From the NCBI GenBank assembly GCA_951406725.2, contig OX597826.1, positions 37,014,001 to 37,078,000 of the forward strand: a stretch of 64,000 bases of DNA. The letters run 5' to 3'. This DNA comes from Octopus vulgaris (Eukaryota). The notes beneath the pieces were generated by a model. The model was not told the DNA's origin, did no database searches, and was given only the letters and a program-made list of their open reading frames with translations. Both the position numbers and the translations under genes were made by a program. Below, piece by piece: positions 26,004 to 39,505 of the stretch (positions within the stretch are counted from its first letter, which is position 1; each line of letters begins with the position of its first letter).

Positions 26004-28459
26004 TAATAGAAACTATAATTTTGTACGGAAGACATTAAAAACACCAGGAATTACATCACCACAGCTAAGATTTATGAATATAAAATGGAATATGATATTG
26101 ATTTCCATCTTAATGTAGAGGTATTAGGATATATATTAATGCATTATATACCATAGGAGGGCCTATCATATGGACGAGAATCGTCTGCTACGGCCGCCAA
26201 AAGTGCCAGTTCACCTGTTTTCACTCTGCAATGACTTCCTCAGCCACAGATGTCCAACAGCGCGATAATGTGTGAATCTTCCGTCGACGATATATAGATT
26301 TTCAGTGTCTATTCAGACACTGGTGTTGCAAATATATAGTAGGCTTATAGAAAAATAATTAATAGAGACAGAAGAAGTATTAATATCATAAGTAAATATT
26401 TATCCATATTCAAAAGAGGAAATTGTCTTAGAATTCAAAAAGCTGCATTATTTATTCATCTGTAAACAATATAAATTCGAGTGCTTTTTATCACCACCAG
26501 TCTTTAAAAGAGAATTTCTCGTGGTAAATATCACAGTATTTTCTTTCCTAACACAACCACCACGTTATGTTCGACATCTACATTATCTTTTGTTATTAAT
26601 ACTGATTCTGTCTTTATTAATAACTTTTGGAATATAATGCTTTTGAGTAATATGTACCTAATTTGTAGTTATTACAGAAAGGAAACATTTTATGAACTCC
26701 GCGGAAAGTGCTTGCTATATCTGATAGAAAACATTACACAGATCTTACCAGTTATTGCTACAAACTCTACAAAAAATCTTTAACAATTATGGTAGCACTA
26801 CCAACAAACCCCATTCTAGTTACTCTAGCTCTCTCTTTATCTCTCCTACACACACGTGCGCGCACGTACATACAAGGAACGAACACGCGCGCATACACAC
26901 ATTATTTTTATCGCCTTTGTATTAGTATTTCAGAGTCTGTGGATTTCGTTGAATGTTTATATATCGACTTATATACACTCATCAGATATTCACACGGAGA
27001 CATACACACACACCTATATATGTGTGTGTGTCCGTGTGTGTGTGTGTGTGTGTGTACGTGTGTGTGTGTGTACGTGTGTGTGTGCGATCACTCATATGGA
27101 TATATCATTTATAAAATATGTGCATTTATATACATATTGATATGCATATAGATTTACATGCATATAGATAGGTATATACACATGTGTGTGTGTATGTATA
27201 TACACACATTCATAAATAGACTTACCTACATTGATTCATTGTCAGTCTAAACTCACTCACAGACACACATTTCTTCAGGCAAATTTTAAACCCTATAAGA
27301 TCTGGCTGCTTATGTTACAGTTTCATAATCGCATAGCTTTAAATATGTTTTCTAAGTATATATATAAGTATATATTAATTCTTTTCCACCTATAGTATTC
27401 CATTGTTTCACTAAAATCTAATTACATCGGTAAAAATACCCAGGAGCAATCAGCAGCATTAGAATTTTTGTAGACATGAACAAGATTATATTCTAACAAA
27501 ATTCTTTTCATAATCAGCACATTTGAAAATTTCTCTTATATTATCGCGAAACATTTATATACGCCCTTTCGATGCAAAACCAGGATATTTCTCTTCAATA
27601 GTTTACTTATGAACGTAAGCATATTTGTCATAAGATCCAAAGTACACTACACCCAAAATAGAAGCTTCTTCTGAAAATCATGAGGAGACAAAACGGTGAC
27701 GTATTAATACGAAAGCAAAGCAATAGAAACTCATAATGTCTTTTTTCTTTCAAAATGAGGTGAATCGAAACAGTTGCTGTAAATTAAAACATTTCCCATT
27801 GGTTTATTCGTCAGCAAATTAAAATACACTTTCTTTAATAGGCGTTTTACATTCTATGTATAAGTGCATATGTACGTGTGTACGCACAGGTATATGCATA
27901 TTTATGTTTGTATGTGTTCTGTATTAATATTGTTCCTGTTGTTTTACGTGTTGTTGGAGAAGGGTGGGACGTAGTTTAAGGAATATAAGGTTGTTTTCCT
28001 TGCTCCAAACAATCAAACTATTCAGGCAGAAATGGCAAGTTCTAGGTTAACAGTAAATTCACCTTAAAACACATTAATATGTGCTTCATGCTTCACTAAG
28101 GAAGAAAAAAATACGACGTTATAGGGAAAGAAAGAGAACTGTGGAGATTTCATCCATCAATTTCTCTCTGCCATTTTATTATGACAGATTCTGCCTCTGG
28201 CTGAAATTTGTATTTCTTTTCTTGTTATCGTTACATCAGTCAGACTACGCTAATCCTCCCCCATCTCTTTCTTTCTCTTATTTTACTATGAAAATATAAT
28301 TGATCCATTGTTTCTTCTTTTCATGCATTTCATTTTTTTTCCTTCCTGTGCAACACAACAATAATACTTCAACTATTTTATTTGAAACTCTAAATTCCCT
28401 GAGTGAGAGATAGAGAGAGAGCGAGAGAGAAAACGAGCGAGTTCCTAGGTGTGCATTCA

Positions 28460-28484
28460 TATACGTATACACATACATATATCC

Positions 28485-28523
<39 letters not shown>

Positions 28524-28761
28524 CGTGGCTGACTGGTTGTTTGTATGTACGTATGTGTGTAAGCATACATAATATTCATATATCTATACATACATATATA
28601 TATATATATATACATATGCATATATATTTATATCTACAAATATATGTATCCATCTCTCACTATATATATGTGGGTGTGTATCTGTGTTTCTGTGTTTCTG
28701 TGTGTGTATGTATATGTGTATATATATATGTACATAGATATTTAGATATACGCCTGGATTT

Positions 28762-28819
<58 letters not shown>

Positions 28820-28916
28820 TATATAGATATACATACATAGACACACGCGCACACATATATGTATGTATATATATATATATATATATATATACATACATAT
28901 TTATATATATATACAT

Positions 28917-28951
<35 letters not shown>

Positions 28952-28980
28952 TATATATATATATGTATATATATGTAGAC

Positions 28981-29034
<54 letters not shown>

Positions 29035-29043
29035 CTATGTATG
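28460..29043. repeat. large compound (TA)n/(TG)n microsatellite field
   Basis: direct reading. Confidence 0.95.
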
Positions 29044-29929
29044 TCAACAGGTGGTAGCTGTTATACACCCTAAGTATAAATAGTGTCTTCCCCAGAATAC
29101 CCAATATTTGAATATCTAAGTTTCTTTCTATCCATTGCATTCGTGCATACTAAGCGAAAAGTATTGATTTCACCAATGTTGTTGAACATTTGTGGCTAAA
29201 CCAAAGCAGTTCCATTCTCATGCCTGAATCCGTTTACAGACTTTTTTCTTATTCCATCACTTTTCCACACGTCAAATTCGTTTTGTAGTTCCTGGATTGA
29301 TTCCACTATAAAAGATTTTACTGATCAATGTGGTACCTTACTTATACTCACATTCGAACGAACAAGCAAGCATTAACACATATATGTCCGTATTCATGTA
29401 TGTACACACACAGACATATTCTTGCTATAAAAACTAAGTCCAACATAAGGCGTTACGTTTCGTTGTAAAAACATACCAGGAATAACTACTCCTTGTATAC
29501 CTTTTAGGAGAGTAAACTCTGTTGGTTGTAATAATAGTGATGGCGAGATGAAAATCAGAAGTAAAGTAAATACGACTAGATAAGAGGATGAAACAATTTG
29601 GAAAGAAAGAAGGACTGCAAAATATATAAACATTGCAGAAGAGAAAAGTGAACTAAATATAATTAGAAAATCGACAGAAATTTTGAGGAAACAGCACGAT
29701 GATGGGGAGGATGATGGTGGTGATGACAGTGATGATGAGGAGGAGGAGGGGGGAGGAGGATGAAGAGAAGGAGGAGGGTATTGGTGGGGTTGTAGGGGTT
29801 TGTCAGAAAATAATAATAGCTGGAAGATGAAGGGTTGCACCGATCATAGCAACATGCCACTTCAGAGGAGAATTAATGAATCACCGCACGAACTCAAGGA
29901 TATATGCAAGGCCATTCAAAGAGGAACTC

Positions 29930-30130
29930 ATACACGGTTCCAGCAAGATGGGGCAACTTCTTTTACCGCAGTGCTTTGCAGAGAGAATAATCTACTTTCT
30001 TAGTAAATTATATTAACGCCACCTATAATATTCGGCTGGCTTCAGGCAAGTTGCGACCGTGTTCTTGGGATAGTCTATTGTTCTGAGATTATGGCTTTTT
30101 GAAATGATGCAATGTACTCCTATTTGAAAA
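29930..30130 (+). mobile_element. Tc1/mariner-superfamily transposase fragment
   Basis: RFQQDGATSFTA matches the WFQQDGATxH second-Asp motif; the remainder is decayed. Confidence 0.5.
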
Positions 30131-30191
30131 TACGTGAGAAACAGCAGTAATGAGATGATAAAAGCCTATCATCTGTTAATATTCATTTGCT

Positions 30192-30238
<47 letters not shown>

Positions 30239-30329
30239 GCGCATATGTAGTTTTTATGACCCCCTCACATGTATGCCCCACGCTACTAAACGTTTGACGC
30301 ACATAGAACCCATGTACATTCCTTCTTCC

Positions 30330-30512
30330 GATGGTCGTCCTTTGCCGTGATGGAAGAGCTTTTGTGCCCGAATGACTCCGGGATTGATGCCGTTTGGATT
30401 CCTAAACTTCTGGCAGGGTCACCCATGGCGGCATGGTCGAAGATGAGATCCCAAACTAAACACGATCAAACACCAAATCAAGACCCCAACGGCGAGGCAA
30501 GCAGAGTAGAGC
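30330..30512 (+). mobile_element. isolated RTE-clade LINE 5' UTR-like segment
   Basis: CCTTTGCCGTGATGGAAGAGCTTTTGTGCCC..CTGGCAGGGTCACCCATGGC..GGTC..AAGACCCC follows the block order I recall for RTE/Expander 5' leaders. Confidence 0.5.
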
Positions 30513-30517
30513 AATCT

Positions 30518-30519
<2 letters not shown>

Positions 30520-30588
<69 letters not shown>
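30520..30588. repeat. (TA)n microsatellite
   Basis: direct reading. Confidence 0.97.
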
Positions 30589-30593
<5 letters not shown>

Positions 30594-30795
30594 GAAAAGA
30601 GTGAAAAAACTACAGAACGCTTGTTTTATAAGATTAAAGAATATATTTAAGTCGGTATGTTAGAAAAATGTTATAAAAGTGTGTGTATAGTAACATAGTC
30701 TTTGGAGAAATAACCGGTTTTGTGTAAACTTTTGAAATTTATCAAATTTCTTTACTTACATTGTGTCATGTCTTCGTTATATGTCATGTCTTCGT

Positions 30796-30798
<3 letters not shown>
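30589..30798 (-). mobile_element. short Penelope-like pLTR module between two (TA)n tracts
   Basis: about 210 bp bounded on both sides by (TA)n; carries a hammerhead-like motif and a T-rich 3' end. Confidence 0.55.
30706..30751 (-). ncRNA. minimal hammerhead-like motif (U3-A8 variant, G12 mutated to A)
   Basis: AGAAAT-TTGATAA-(17 nt)-AAAA-CCGG-TT-ATTTCT: 6-bp stem I, palindromic stem III ACCGGT; stem II decayed. Confidence 0.5.
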
Positions 30799-30882
<84 letters not shown>

Positions 30883-31905
30883 GATTAAAAAGGTAAGAAC
30901 AAGCAAATTAGGTAAGTCGATAAACAAAGAATATTAAATACAAAAATACAAAACTATATATTTACATACAAAAGGGTTCAACTTACAGAGAATAGAAATG
31001 ATATCAAGAATTAAAGGGGTTGAAGAATTGTATTACAAATGCAACAGCTTTTTCTGGGGGTTCAGTTGTCCAAAAAATGATTGCAAATTGTTTCCATCTT
31101 TAATACACCATTCTTTCAACACCTCATCTTCTGATGTAAGCATTATATGTATATGTGTGTGCGTGTGTGTATGTCAGTATGTATGCGTGTGTATTTATGC
31201 ATAATTGTTTTTGTATATACATGTGTGTTTCAGTAAGAATGGATTATAATTATTTTCAATAAAATGTTAATCATACAATAGTATGAATGAATTCTAATCA
31301 CTGACCTTTCATTTCACTTGTGTTTGATTTCAATTCCCCTATACACCTGCCACCTCTCATTCAGTTATTTTAGATTAGATAATCCAAGTTTGTATCTGCT
31401 AGTTATTCGATATTCTTAAATATAGTGTATATTCCGGTTTATAGAAATTATCAAAATTATTGGTTACGCAATGATTGGATGAGCCATCTACTATGTGTGG
31501 CTATACGTAACTTTTCCTAGAGAGCTAAAAACTATATTTATAGTCTTACAAGAAAATCTGATCTTATCAATTGCTGTTGCGATCGTTTTCTTTGGTCAAT
31601 AAAGAAAATAATTTCATTACGATGCTTCATACTTTTGACTTATTTGATCCAATTTCATGTCATTGTTCAAATGCTATATTTCCTGGTTTTTAATTGTTCA
31701 AATTATACAGTCCAACTATTTTCATAACAATTCTATTAGATCTATCAAGTAATTTCAGTTGATTACATAATGTTGATGAGGTTCATAAGACAGCATCATC
31801 TCGCAAAATTGGCATTATGAGGAATTATAAACCGAAACGTGTCCATACATACCATTTGCCTACAAAAATAAGATTTCCCTTATATTAAATATGTGTACCG
31901 GTCTG

Positions 31906-31954
31906 GCATTTGAAGCATCGTATCTGATATTACCAGATACGATGCTTCAAATGC
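31906..31954. repeat. perfect 21-bp inverted repeat, 7-nt loop
   Basis: GCATTTGAAGCATCGTATCTG-ATATTAC-CAGATACGATGCTTCAAATGC. Confidence 0.95.
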
Positions 31955-32550
31955 AACAACACTGTAGCACAGTACGACCACTCTACATCCGAATAAAGGA
32001 TCGTCCTACTACCAACGCGTCTTCCATCCGCAAGCGCCTGATCAGATAATATCAGCACAACAAATGAGATATTATGCTTCATCTTTGAACGCATCTTCTT
32101 AGCTTCTTGCCATTTATCCAGTTAATTCATTTCCGATATCGCGTTCTATATTTAACTATCGAAATTGACAAAACATAGCATTCACAGAACACGCGGAAAA
32201 TTATTTATAATTTCTATGTTTTAAATATCTTAGTCAACGAAACCTGCAAACCTGTATTTATTATGCTAGTTTATTGATGTGTACACAATGAATATATTTT
32301 TAATTGTCTACTGCTTGTACACAAACCCCAGGTTAAATCCTAAGGTTGGAAATTAGCTAAATATTATATTTTCCTTTCGAGAGTCACTAACAAGTGGAGC
32401 TAACTTTATAGATGCTTTCTCAAACTCAGATGAGAACTTCAATTGATAAGAAAAAACATTTTAATTGGGCATTCACTGCATTACCCATCGTACTCTACCG
32501 TAAATTTATTTTCTCTGCCAAGAGTTTGTTTTTCATTATTTATAAGAATA

Positions 32551-32700
32551 AGGCGGCGAGTTGGCAGATTCGTTAGCACGCTGGGCAATATACCTAGCGG
32601 CATTTCGTCCTTCTTTACGTTCTGGGTTCAAATTCCGCCGGGGTCAACTGTACTTTCGGGGTCGACAAATTAAATATCAGTGAAATATTGGGGGTCGATG
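32551..32700 (+). mobile_element. SINE family B
   Basis: AGGCGGCGAGTTGGCAGATTCGTTAGCACG..GGGTTCAAATTCCGCCG..TTTCGGGGTCGAC. Confidence 0.88.
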
Positions 32701-33204
32701 AAAGGATTATTCATAAGAATATCCATTCTTCTTAAATTCATCAGCTAGAAGGCCAAGGAGTGCGATCACTTGGTTTATTCTCACATCAAGGATCAACACA
32801 ATGTTCCATAAACAGATATCTGTACAACATAACATCAATCTTGTACCATTTTTGAAAATTGTTTCTGGTACTGTCACTAATTTCTTTACACCACTCTTAA
32901 AAGAATTATCTTTTATGTGCAACAACTAAAAAGCGAGCTACGATATTCTTGAAGAAGATGTAATAGAGGGCGAAACTAATGGATGTGCCTCCTCACTGTT
33001 TACTTCCAGCGCTCATTTCGATTATGGTCGACATAAAACTTGACACTGTATATCTGGTAACTAAATATAATGCATTTGATTTGCGCTACACATTTACTTA
33101 TACCCACTCTGCATTGAGATATCTGCTTAACTTGTATATATGTGCGCGCGCTGTACGTGTGTATGTATGTGTTTGTGTATGTATGTGCACGTATTTTCTT
33201 TTAT

Positions 33205-33390
33205 TTTTCTTTTACTTGTTTCAGTCATTTGACTGCGGCCATGCTGGAGCACCGCCTTTAGTCGAGCAAATCGACCCCGGGACTTATTCTTTGTAAGCCC
33301 AGTACTTATTCTATCGGTCTCTTTTTGCCGAACCGCTAAGTGAGGGGGACGTAAGCACTCCAGCATAGGGGGACAAACACAGACACACAA

Positions 33391-33473
<83 letters not shown>

Positions 33474-33638
33474 TACGACAAGCTTGTTTCAGTTTCCGTC
33501 TACCAAATCCACTCACAAGGCATTGGTCGGCCCGCGGCTATAGCAGAAGACACTTGCCCAAGATGCCACGCAGTGGGACTGAACCCGGAACCATGTGGTT
33601 GGTTAGCAAGCTACTTACCACACAGTCACTCCTGCGCC
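33205..33638 (-). mobile_element. SINE family A, full length with internal (TA)n
   Basis: complete head (GGCGCAGGAGTG..GGTAAGTAGCTTGC..CCGGGTTCAGTCCC), body and tail on the minus strand. Confidence 0.93.
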
Positions 33639-33639
33639 G

Positions 33640-33699
33640 TATGTATATATATATATATATATATATACATATACGTATGCATATTTATGTGTGTGTTTA

Positions 33700-33746
<47 letters not shown>

Positions 33747-33782
33747 GTGTGTGTGTATGTGTGTGCGTGTTTGTATGAATAT
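33640..33782. repeat. (TA)n(TG)n microsatellite
   Basis: direct reading. Confidence 0.95.
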
Positions 33783-35252
33783 ATACGCTTGTGTACGAGC
33801 GTATGCATGTTTGCGCCGGGGCATTACACAGCATTCTGAAAGCAGAATTTATTTCATTCCAGATTTTCAAAAAAAAAAAGACAAGCGATTTTAACGATAT
33901 TTCTGAATGTGTTATTTTTAAAGAGTTACAGTAAAATTTATCTTTACTGAGAAAATATTATGAAAAGAAGTAATAAAACTGCTGTTAAATCGTGTTGGAT
34001 TAAATTAATGTGATTTAATAACAATGCACCAATATCCGATTGTGAATGTAACATTGACTTAAAGTTTGTCTTTGAAAATGCAAATATTGAACATTTAGGA
34101 GAGCGGATTGTCTATGATCAGAGAGGATCCCTCTCTTTAATATATTTTATTTTATACTCTGCTGTTTAATTACATCTCTCTATATTCTGATTCGCAATCC
34201 TACCATTCATTAATCAATACAATACGTACCAGTAATGTGCTGTTTATAATTGAATCAACTACATTCATCCACTACAAATTTGAGGCCTTGTTTAAAAGCT
34301 AAAGTTCAGTTACACACATTTTTATTTCATGTTCTATTTCAATATGTTCCTGTATTCAATAACCAGAGTGTATTTTTATTCGCTTCAAGCATTTTGTTTG
34401 AATTATTTTAGTTAATAATGTATCTCTTATCTAGGGACTGTTGTGATTGTTTCTCTGTTTTTCTTTGGTGAAATTAATGCTTTATCCTTTAATTGTTTAG
34501 CATTTGTTTCATTTGATTATGTTTCTTTGATGATATTTCATTTGTATTGGAGTGGCGATCTAAAGGCTCTTCTGGGTAGAAACTTTAATGGCGATTGTTG
34601 TCGGAATAGTAATTTAACTATTGATTGGTAGTTACATGCCAAGGGTGATCAACATCACTATGGAACGTAAATAATCGGCAAGCGCCGTAACAGAACCCAC
34701 AGAATCATATTCCCAATTACGCAGCGTTTTCACCTAGATGAGGTCAAAACTGCAGGTCAATACTGCGCACCCCAAACTGCAATGATGAATCGTTTATTGT
34801 GCAATACGACAATCTGAAAATACTGCTCTTATCCCGCTGCCAATGCCTTTCTCCAAGTTTGTAGATTCTTGTGGTATGGTCCAGAGTGCGAAAGTTATCC
34901 TACCTTTATATACATTTATAGTCTGAACAGCCCAACACAGTGTTCGGGATGGCTTAAGAAGTATATTGATCCTACAGCTATTTCTTTGCACATCTGCTTC
35001 CGGTTCTTGTCCATATTTCAAGGATGTTGTTATAGAACAGCCCTGAAGTGTCGTATAAATGCCTGGATTATTGGACGTGGTTTTTATTGTAGTTCCACAT
35101 TATTTCGTGTATGAGTGGCATGTGTGTTCGTTTGCTACTTTTGCTCTTGATAATGTATAAGCATTTAGATTTTTGATAATTTTATCGTAATATATTTGCA
35201 TACATACATATACATGTGTGTGTATGTGTGTGTGTGTGTGTGTGTTTGTGTG

Positions 35253-35720
35253 AATTTGTTTTGGGGTTTAAAAAATGCACCTGAATATAAAGACATGTAG
35301 TCGTTTTTAAATAGATTTATTCATAAACCAAACTATTTTCGACAATTATGTGCTTATCAATGGTATAAATATGTATATAAAAAAGAGGAGTTAAGGAGAG
35401 TTTAAAATTACAAGGTTAAAATTGGACAAACATGTTTAAACCATCAAATTTTTAAATGTTCACAGAAAATTCAATGAGTTTCACAGAGATGGGTAGTAAT
35501 ATTAATGCAAATGTTCAGCGAAGAACTTAACAAATCATACATTATAGAAAGTCCCGTCATATTGCATTTTTATAAAATAAGTGGAGAAGAATGAGAAAAA
35601 GCAGAGAGAAAAGAGAAAAGTTTTCTTTGTGCAATTTCTGTTGTGGTGTATGTCGTTCTGCTTTTTTCAATTTCAGAGTCCGTGCACTGCTATATTCCCC
35701 TTTCACTGTTTGATGGGGTC

Positions 35721-35722
<2 letters not shown>
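35253..35722 (-). mobile_element. Penelope-like 3' / pLTR module between microsatellites
   Basis: about 470 bp bounded by (TG)n and (TA)n; hammerhead-like motif followed by AATAAA near its 3' end. Confidence 0.5.
35325..35366 (-). ncRNA. minimal hammerhead-like motif (U3-A8 variant)
   Basis: ACCA-TTGATAA-G(C)ACA-TAAT-TGTC-GAAA-ATAG-TT-TGGT: stem I, G-C-closed stem II, intact GAAA, stem III one change from palindromic ACTAGT. Confidence 0.6.
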
Positions 35723-35723
<1 letters not shown>

Positions 35724-35795
<72 letters not shown>

Positions 35796-35831
35796 CATAT
35801 ACACATGCACACACACACACACAATATATAT

Positions 35832-35864
<33 letters not shown>

Positions 35865-35866
35865 CA
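35724..35866. repeat. (TA)n/(CA)n microsatellite
   Basis: direct reading. Confidence 0.95.
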
Positions 35867-36249
35867 CAATTTACTACTTCCGTAGCATTATTTTTACCTC
35901 ATCTTGTTAAAGTGTTACACTAATATGGTTATTTATTATCATTTTACATGAATGTCTACCGTTTCTGTCACTTGACCTTCACTAAAGGTTGTCCTAAATA
36001 CCTACAAATTCTTCATAAATAGCATAGAATTTTATCTGTACGTTATCTAACGGGTAAATCCATAAGGACGTTTTTCATAATCACACTCACTTCAAAGAAT
36101 TCAGCATAATCTCAACATCTGCTGACCTTTTGGTCAGAGATGAATCTTTGGAACTCAATTAGATATATACATGTCAACATTCTTGATTTGTAAATGAAAT
36201 CATGAAATGGGTCTACAAACTTAATTCCAATAATAAATATGTTTTAAAC

Positions 36250-36562
36250 CGGTGCTACTCAAATTAGTGGTCCGCGGACCGGTGCCTGTTCACAAGCCAT
36301 CAGCTGGCGGTATGCGGCGAGTTTGCAGAAAAGAAAGAAACATAAAATGCTTATAAAATATTTATAGACTGCTTATGTAGTATTGTATTATTTGTTTACA
36401 AAATAAATATAAGGTAAACACATTATCAACGTTTATTATATTCATTATAAATATATATAAGTTTCCGGTATGAATTAATATTACTACGAAATATTACCGG
36501 ACCCTGGAACATTGGAAAAACAAACTGCAGATGCGCAACATCAGATAGTTTGAGAAGCACTG
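36250..36562. mobile_element. hAT (Charlie-like) MITE
   Basis: TIRs CGGTGCTACTCAAA / TTTGAGAAGCACTG; 8-bp TSD TTTTAAAC / TTGTAAAC; internal GGTCCGCGGACC palindrome. Confidence 0.85.
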
Positions 36563-38545
36563 TTGTAAACCACTTAATACATTTCGATAATCCAGAAATA
36601 TATGCAAACTACGTGATATTGTCTGAATTCGGACGAATATTCTATTTAGACACTCGAAGTTCCCTCTTGTAATCATGGCTATCGGATTCAGAGTAACGTC
36701 TATGAAAAGGTATATCAGATTCTCCAAAATTAGTCCAACATACAAGCTTTGCTATCAAGATCGCCGTCCATATTCTGCGTAGGAAAACATTCCAGACAAA
36801 GAATATATATTATTAAACGTATAAATATTCAACGAGACAACCACCATTTCCTTACAGCCAAAATACTGTTTTTTAATATAAATTGTGCTTTTATAAGAAG
36901 AACCAATCGACTTTTTTACTTTTGTCTTACAAGACATAAACTACCAGCCAATGTAAATATATTAACTGGTATATTTGTAGGACGTACGTAATTTTGAGAG
37001 TTAGAATATAACATTTTTGTGAGAATTAACGTCTTATTTTCAAGCAGCCACAGCTGAGAGCATCCTAGTATTAGACAGAAAATGTTTTGGTGGTCTTTAG
37101 ACAGAGGAAATATTAAATAGAGTATCTAATTCGCAATAACACAATGTATGTATGTATATGCACATATAGATTTATATATATAGAATTAATAAAATGACAT
37201 TTCCTTTTCGTTTATTTTCAAAGCATATATACATGCATACACATACACACATACACACGCACATACACGCACACACATATCTATATATAATGAGAGAAAT
37301 TGAAAGAGACACCAGAATACATTTTTCTTCCTCCCGCAGAGAGCTTATACTGTAGAATATTTGCTATATGAACGAAAGTAATATATCAAACAGGCGTTTA
37401 AATATTTATATACGACACAATAAAAACTAAACTCACAACGAAAAGAGTCTCTGACTATGTTTCATCACAAATGCATAATTCAGTAGCGATGATTTTATTT
37501 CCAACTGGTAAAATTTCCCTTTAAATATTAAAACATATATATATATATATATATATCTCAGATGTTTCAGATATTACAAAAAATTAAGGTAAATATGAAG
37601 TTTACATAAAATTGACTTTTCATTAATATCTACCAGGAATACATTTACTCTGGTGCTCTGAAAATCACAGTTAGGATATGTTGTCTTTTTTAAAAAAGAA
37701 TCTGAATCTGTAGATTACAAAAACGTATGCATGTAATGTGAAGTGGGTGTTTCGCAAAGAAATTCACATCTGTATCAATGTGATAAACACAGTTCATTAG
37801 TAATTAATTTGAAAATTATTGATCTTTGTATTCTGTGCTGATGGAACGCACTGATATATTGTCATGTTTGGTGTATAGAAAAATGTTTTTTCAGCATGGA
37901 ACAACGTGAAAATTTCTAATCTTTGGTTTTAGTAGACTTGGACTGATTTTAGAAATGTTTCTTAGTTTTCATATCATGGATCGACTGGCTGAAGTTTCAA
38001 AGAATATGGTTTACAAATTGTTAATCAATAAAAGATAGAAGAAAACATAATTATGTACAAAACAGTATAAAAATATAAATAAAATATTGGCCAAAATATA
38101 AAAGTGTAGGAAAGAGAAGTAAAGAGGTGCAAACACTTTGGTTAATGTTATCGTTTTGTAATGTGGTTGTATGTCCCAACTCACAAGAATGCCGTGGGTA
38201 AGAATTTTGTTCTACAGCTTTTAGACCGATCAAAGTCTTGTTAGTGAAAATACATTTAACAAATACGGCGTAAATGGCGGTAGGAATGAACCTGGTTATT
38301 ACACTTAATCTGTCGTCTGTGTATCCTCACCACCGTTGTCACAGAACTTGCTTACAAGGTTTCGGGTCAGCTCTTTGTTCCGAGGATATTTTCATCTCTT
38401 CCTCTCAGTATTTCTCGAGTTTCTGAAAACTGTCATGTACGCTGTTCTTTCACCTTTAATTAAAGAAATGATGTTTCAAAATGTATCGGTCAGCTAGCTA
38501 CAATAACGTGCAATGTGACAAAGAGATCCCTGAGACTGCAACTAA

Positions 38546-38573
38546 CTGCATTCCGGTAACGTCCGGAATGCAG
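38546..38573. repeat. 11-bp perfect hairpin
   Basis: CTGCATTCCGG-TAACGT-CCGGAATGCAG. Confidence 0.85.
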
Positions 38574-39329
38574 CTTACATTCTAAGCAAATACTGCATTG
38601 ATTTCATAGCCTTACGTGGCAGTATTTACGATGGCTTTTGCCTAATTACACATTACTCCATAGTATGTTCCATAGATGGAAGCAAATATTGGTAGAGGTT
38701 TAAATATCGAAATTAAGAGAGTTTCAACTTCATAACCTTCCAAATTTAGTCTCCTGTTGTCTCATGTGCTTTCATGTAAAATGTAACTCACTATAGTTAA
38801 CTTTTCAAGTCCAAATTTATATCTAACTAATCTTTAAAAGTTAAGGGACCACCAAATATCTCCAAACGAACTACGATCATAGCACAACCAGCTTGAACCA
38901 ACTGCTAAACTATACTCATTACACAGATTATCAAGTCATAAAACGGAAGCTAATATACAACGCCAGATACAAAGCTAGAAAAAGAAAATTGAATGATTGT
39001 ATCATATCCTGACTCCTGAGTTTACTGTAGAGTTATAAGCACGTTTCTTTAGTCTTATAATTGATACCTAAGGACACAATTTACATATTATGATCAAGCA
39101 GTATAAACTTTCTATTCATCGTAATTCAATACATATATGTACGAAGCGTATTTACGAATTTCTGTTTTGGAAACCCGTGGAATTGAAAAAAGTAATAATA
39201 TGTTAACAGTATATGACAACAATATATTTTAAAACATGCGACAATGAAAGATAATAAATGGGAGGCAGCTGAGATTTTAGAAGGCATAATAATACAAAAA
39301 ATATTAATAATATATGCCTATATCTGGAT

Positions 39330-39453
39330 ATGTACATACATGCATACAAATATATATATATATATTTATCTGTGCGTGTATGTGGATACATATGTATACA
39401 TATAAACACACACACACACGCACACACACATACACACACACAACACACACACG

Positions 39454-39500
<47 letters not shown>
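39330..39500. repeat. (CA)n/(TA)n microsatellite
   Basis: direct reading. Confidence 0.93.

Positions 39501-39505
<5 letters not shown>

Noticed and set aside
26938-26995. Minus-strand CTGATGA..GAAATC hammerhead-like match
   Set aside because: No usable stem III, and stem I is out of register.
31035-31090. Minus-strand GAAA-AAGCTG-TT motif in the module at 30880-31140
   Set aside because: The core heptamer is not recognisable; a PLE origin is possible but unsupported.
31810-31846. ATTATGA-GG..CC-GAAA-CGTG-TC possible hammerhead relic
   Set aside because: Two core changes and no clean stem I; cannot be separated from chance.
32227-32247. Resemblance to mature miR-981 (..GTCAACGAAACCTGC)
   Set aside because: Mismatches fall in the seed and there is no complementary arm to form a precursor.
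34640-35115. GC-richer block with faint similarity to an RTE LINE 3' end (QTWRKALAAG)
   Set aside because: Too decayed to assign.
37320-37385. Strong acceptor TTTTTCTTCCTCCCGCAG with a possible 38-nt exon
   Set aside because: Weak donor, no recognisable peptide and no partner exons.
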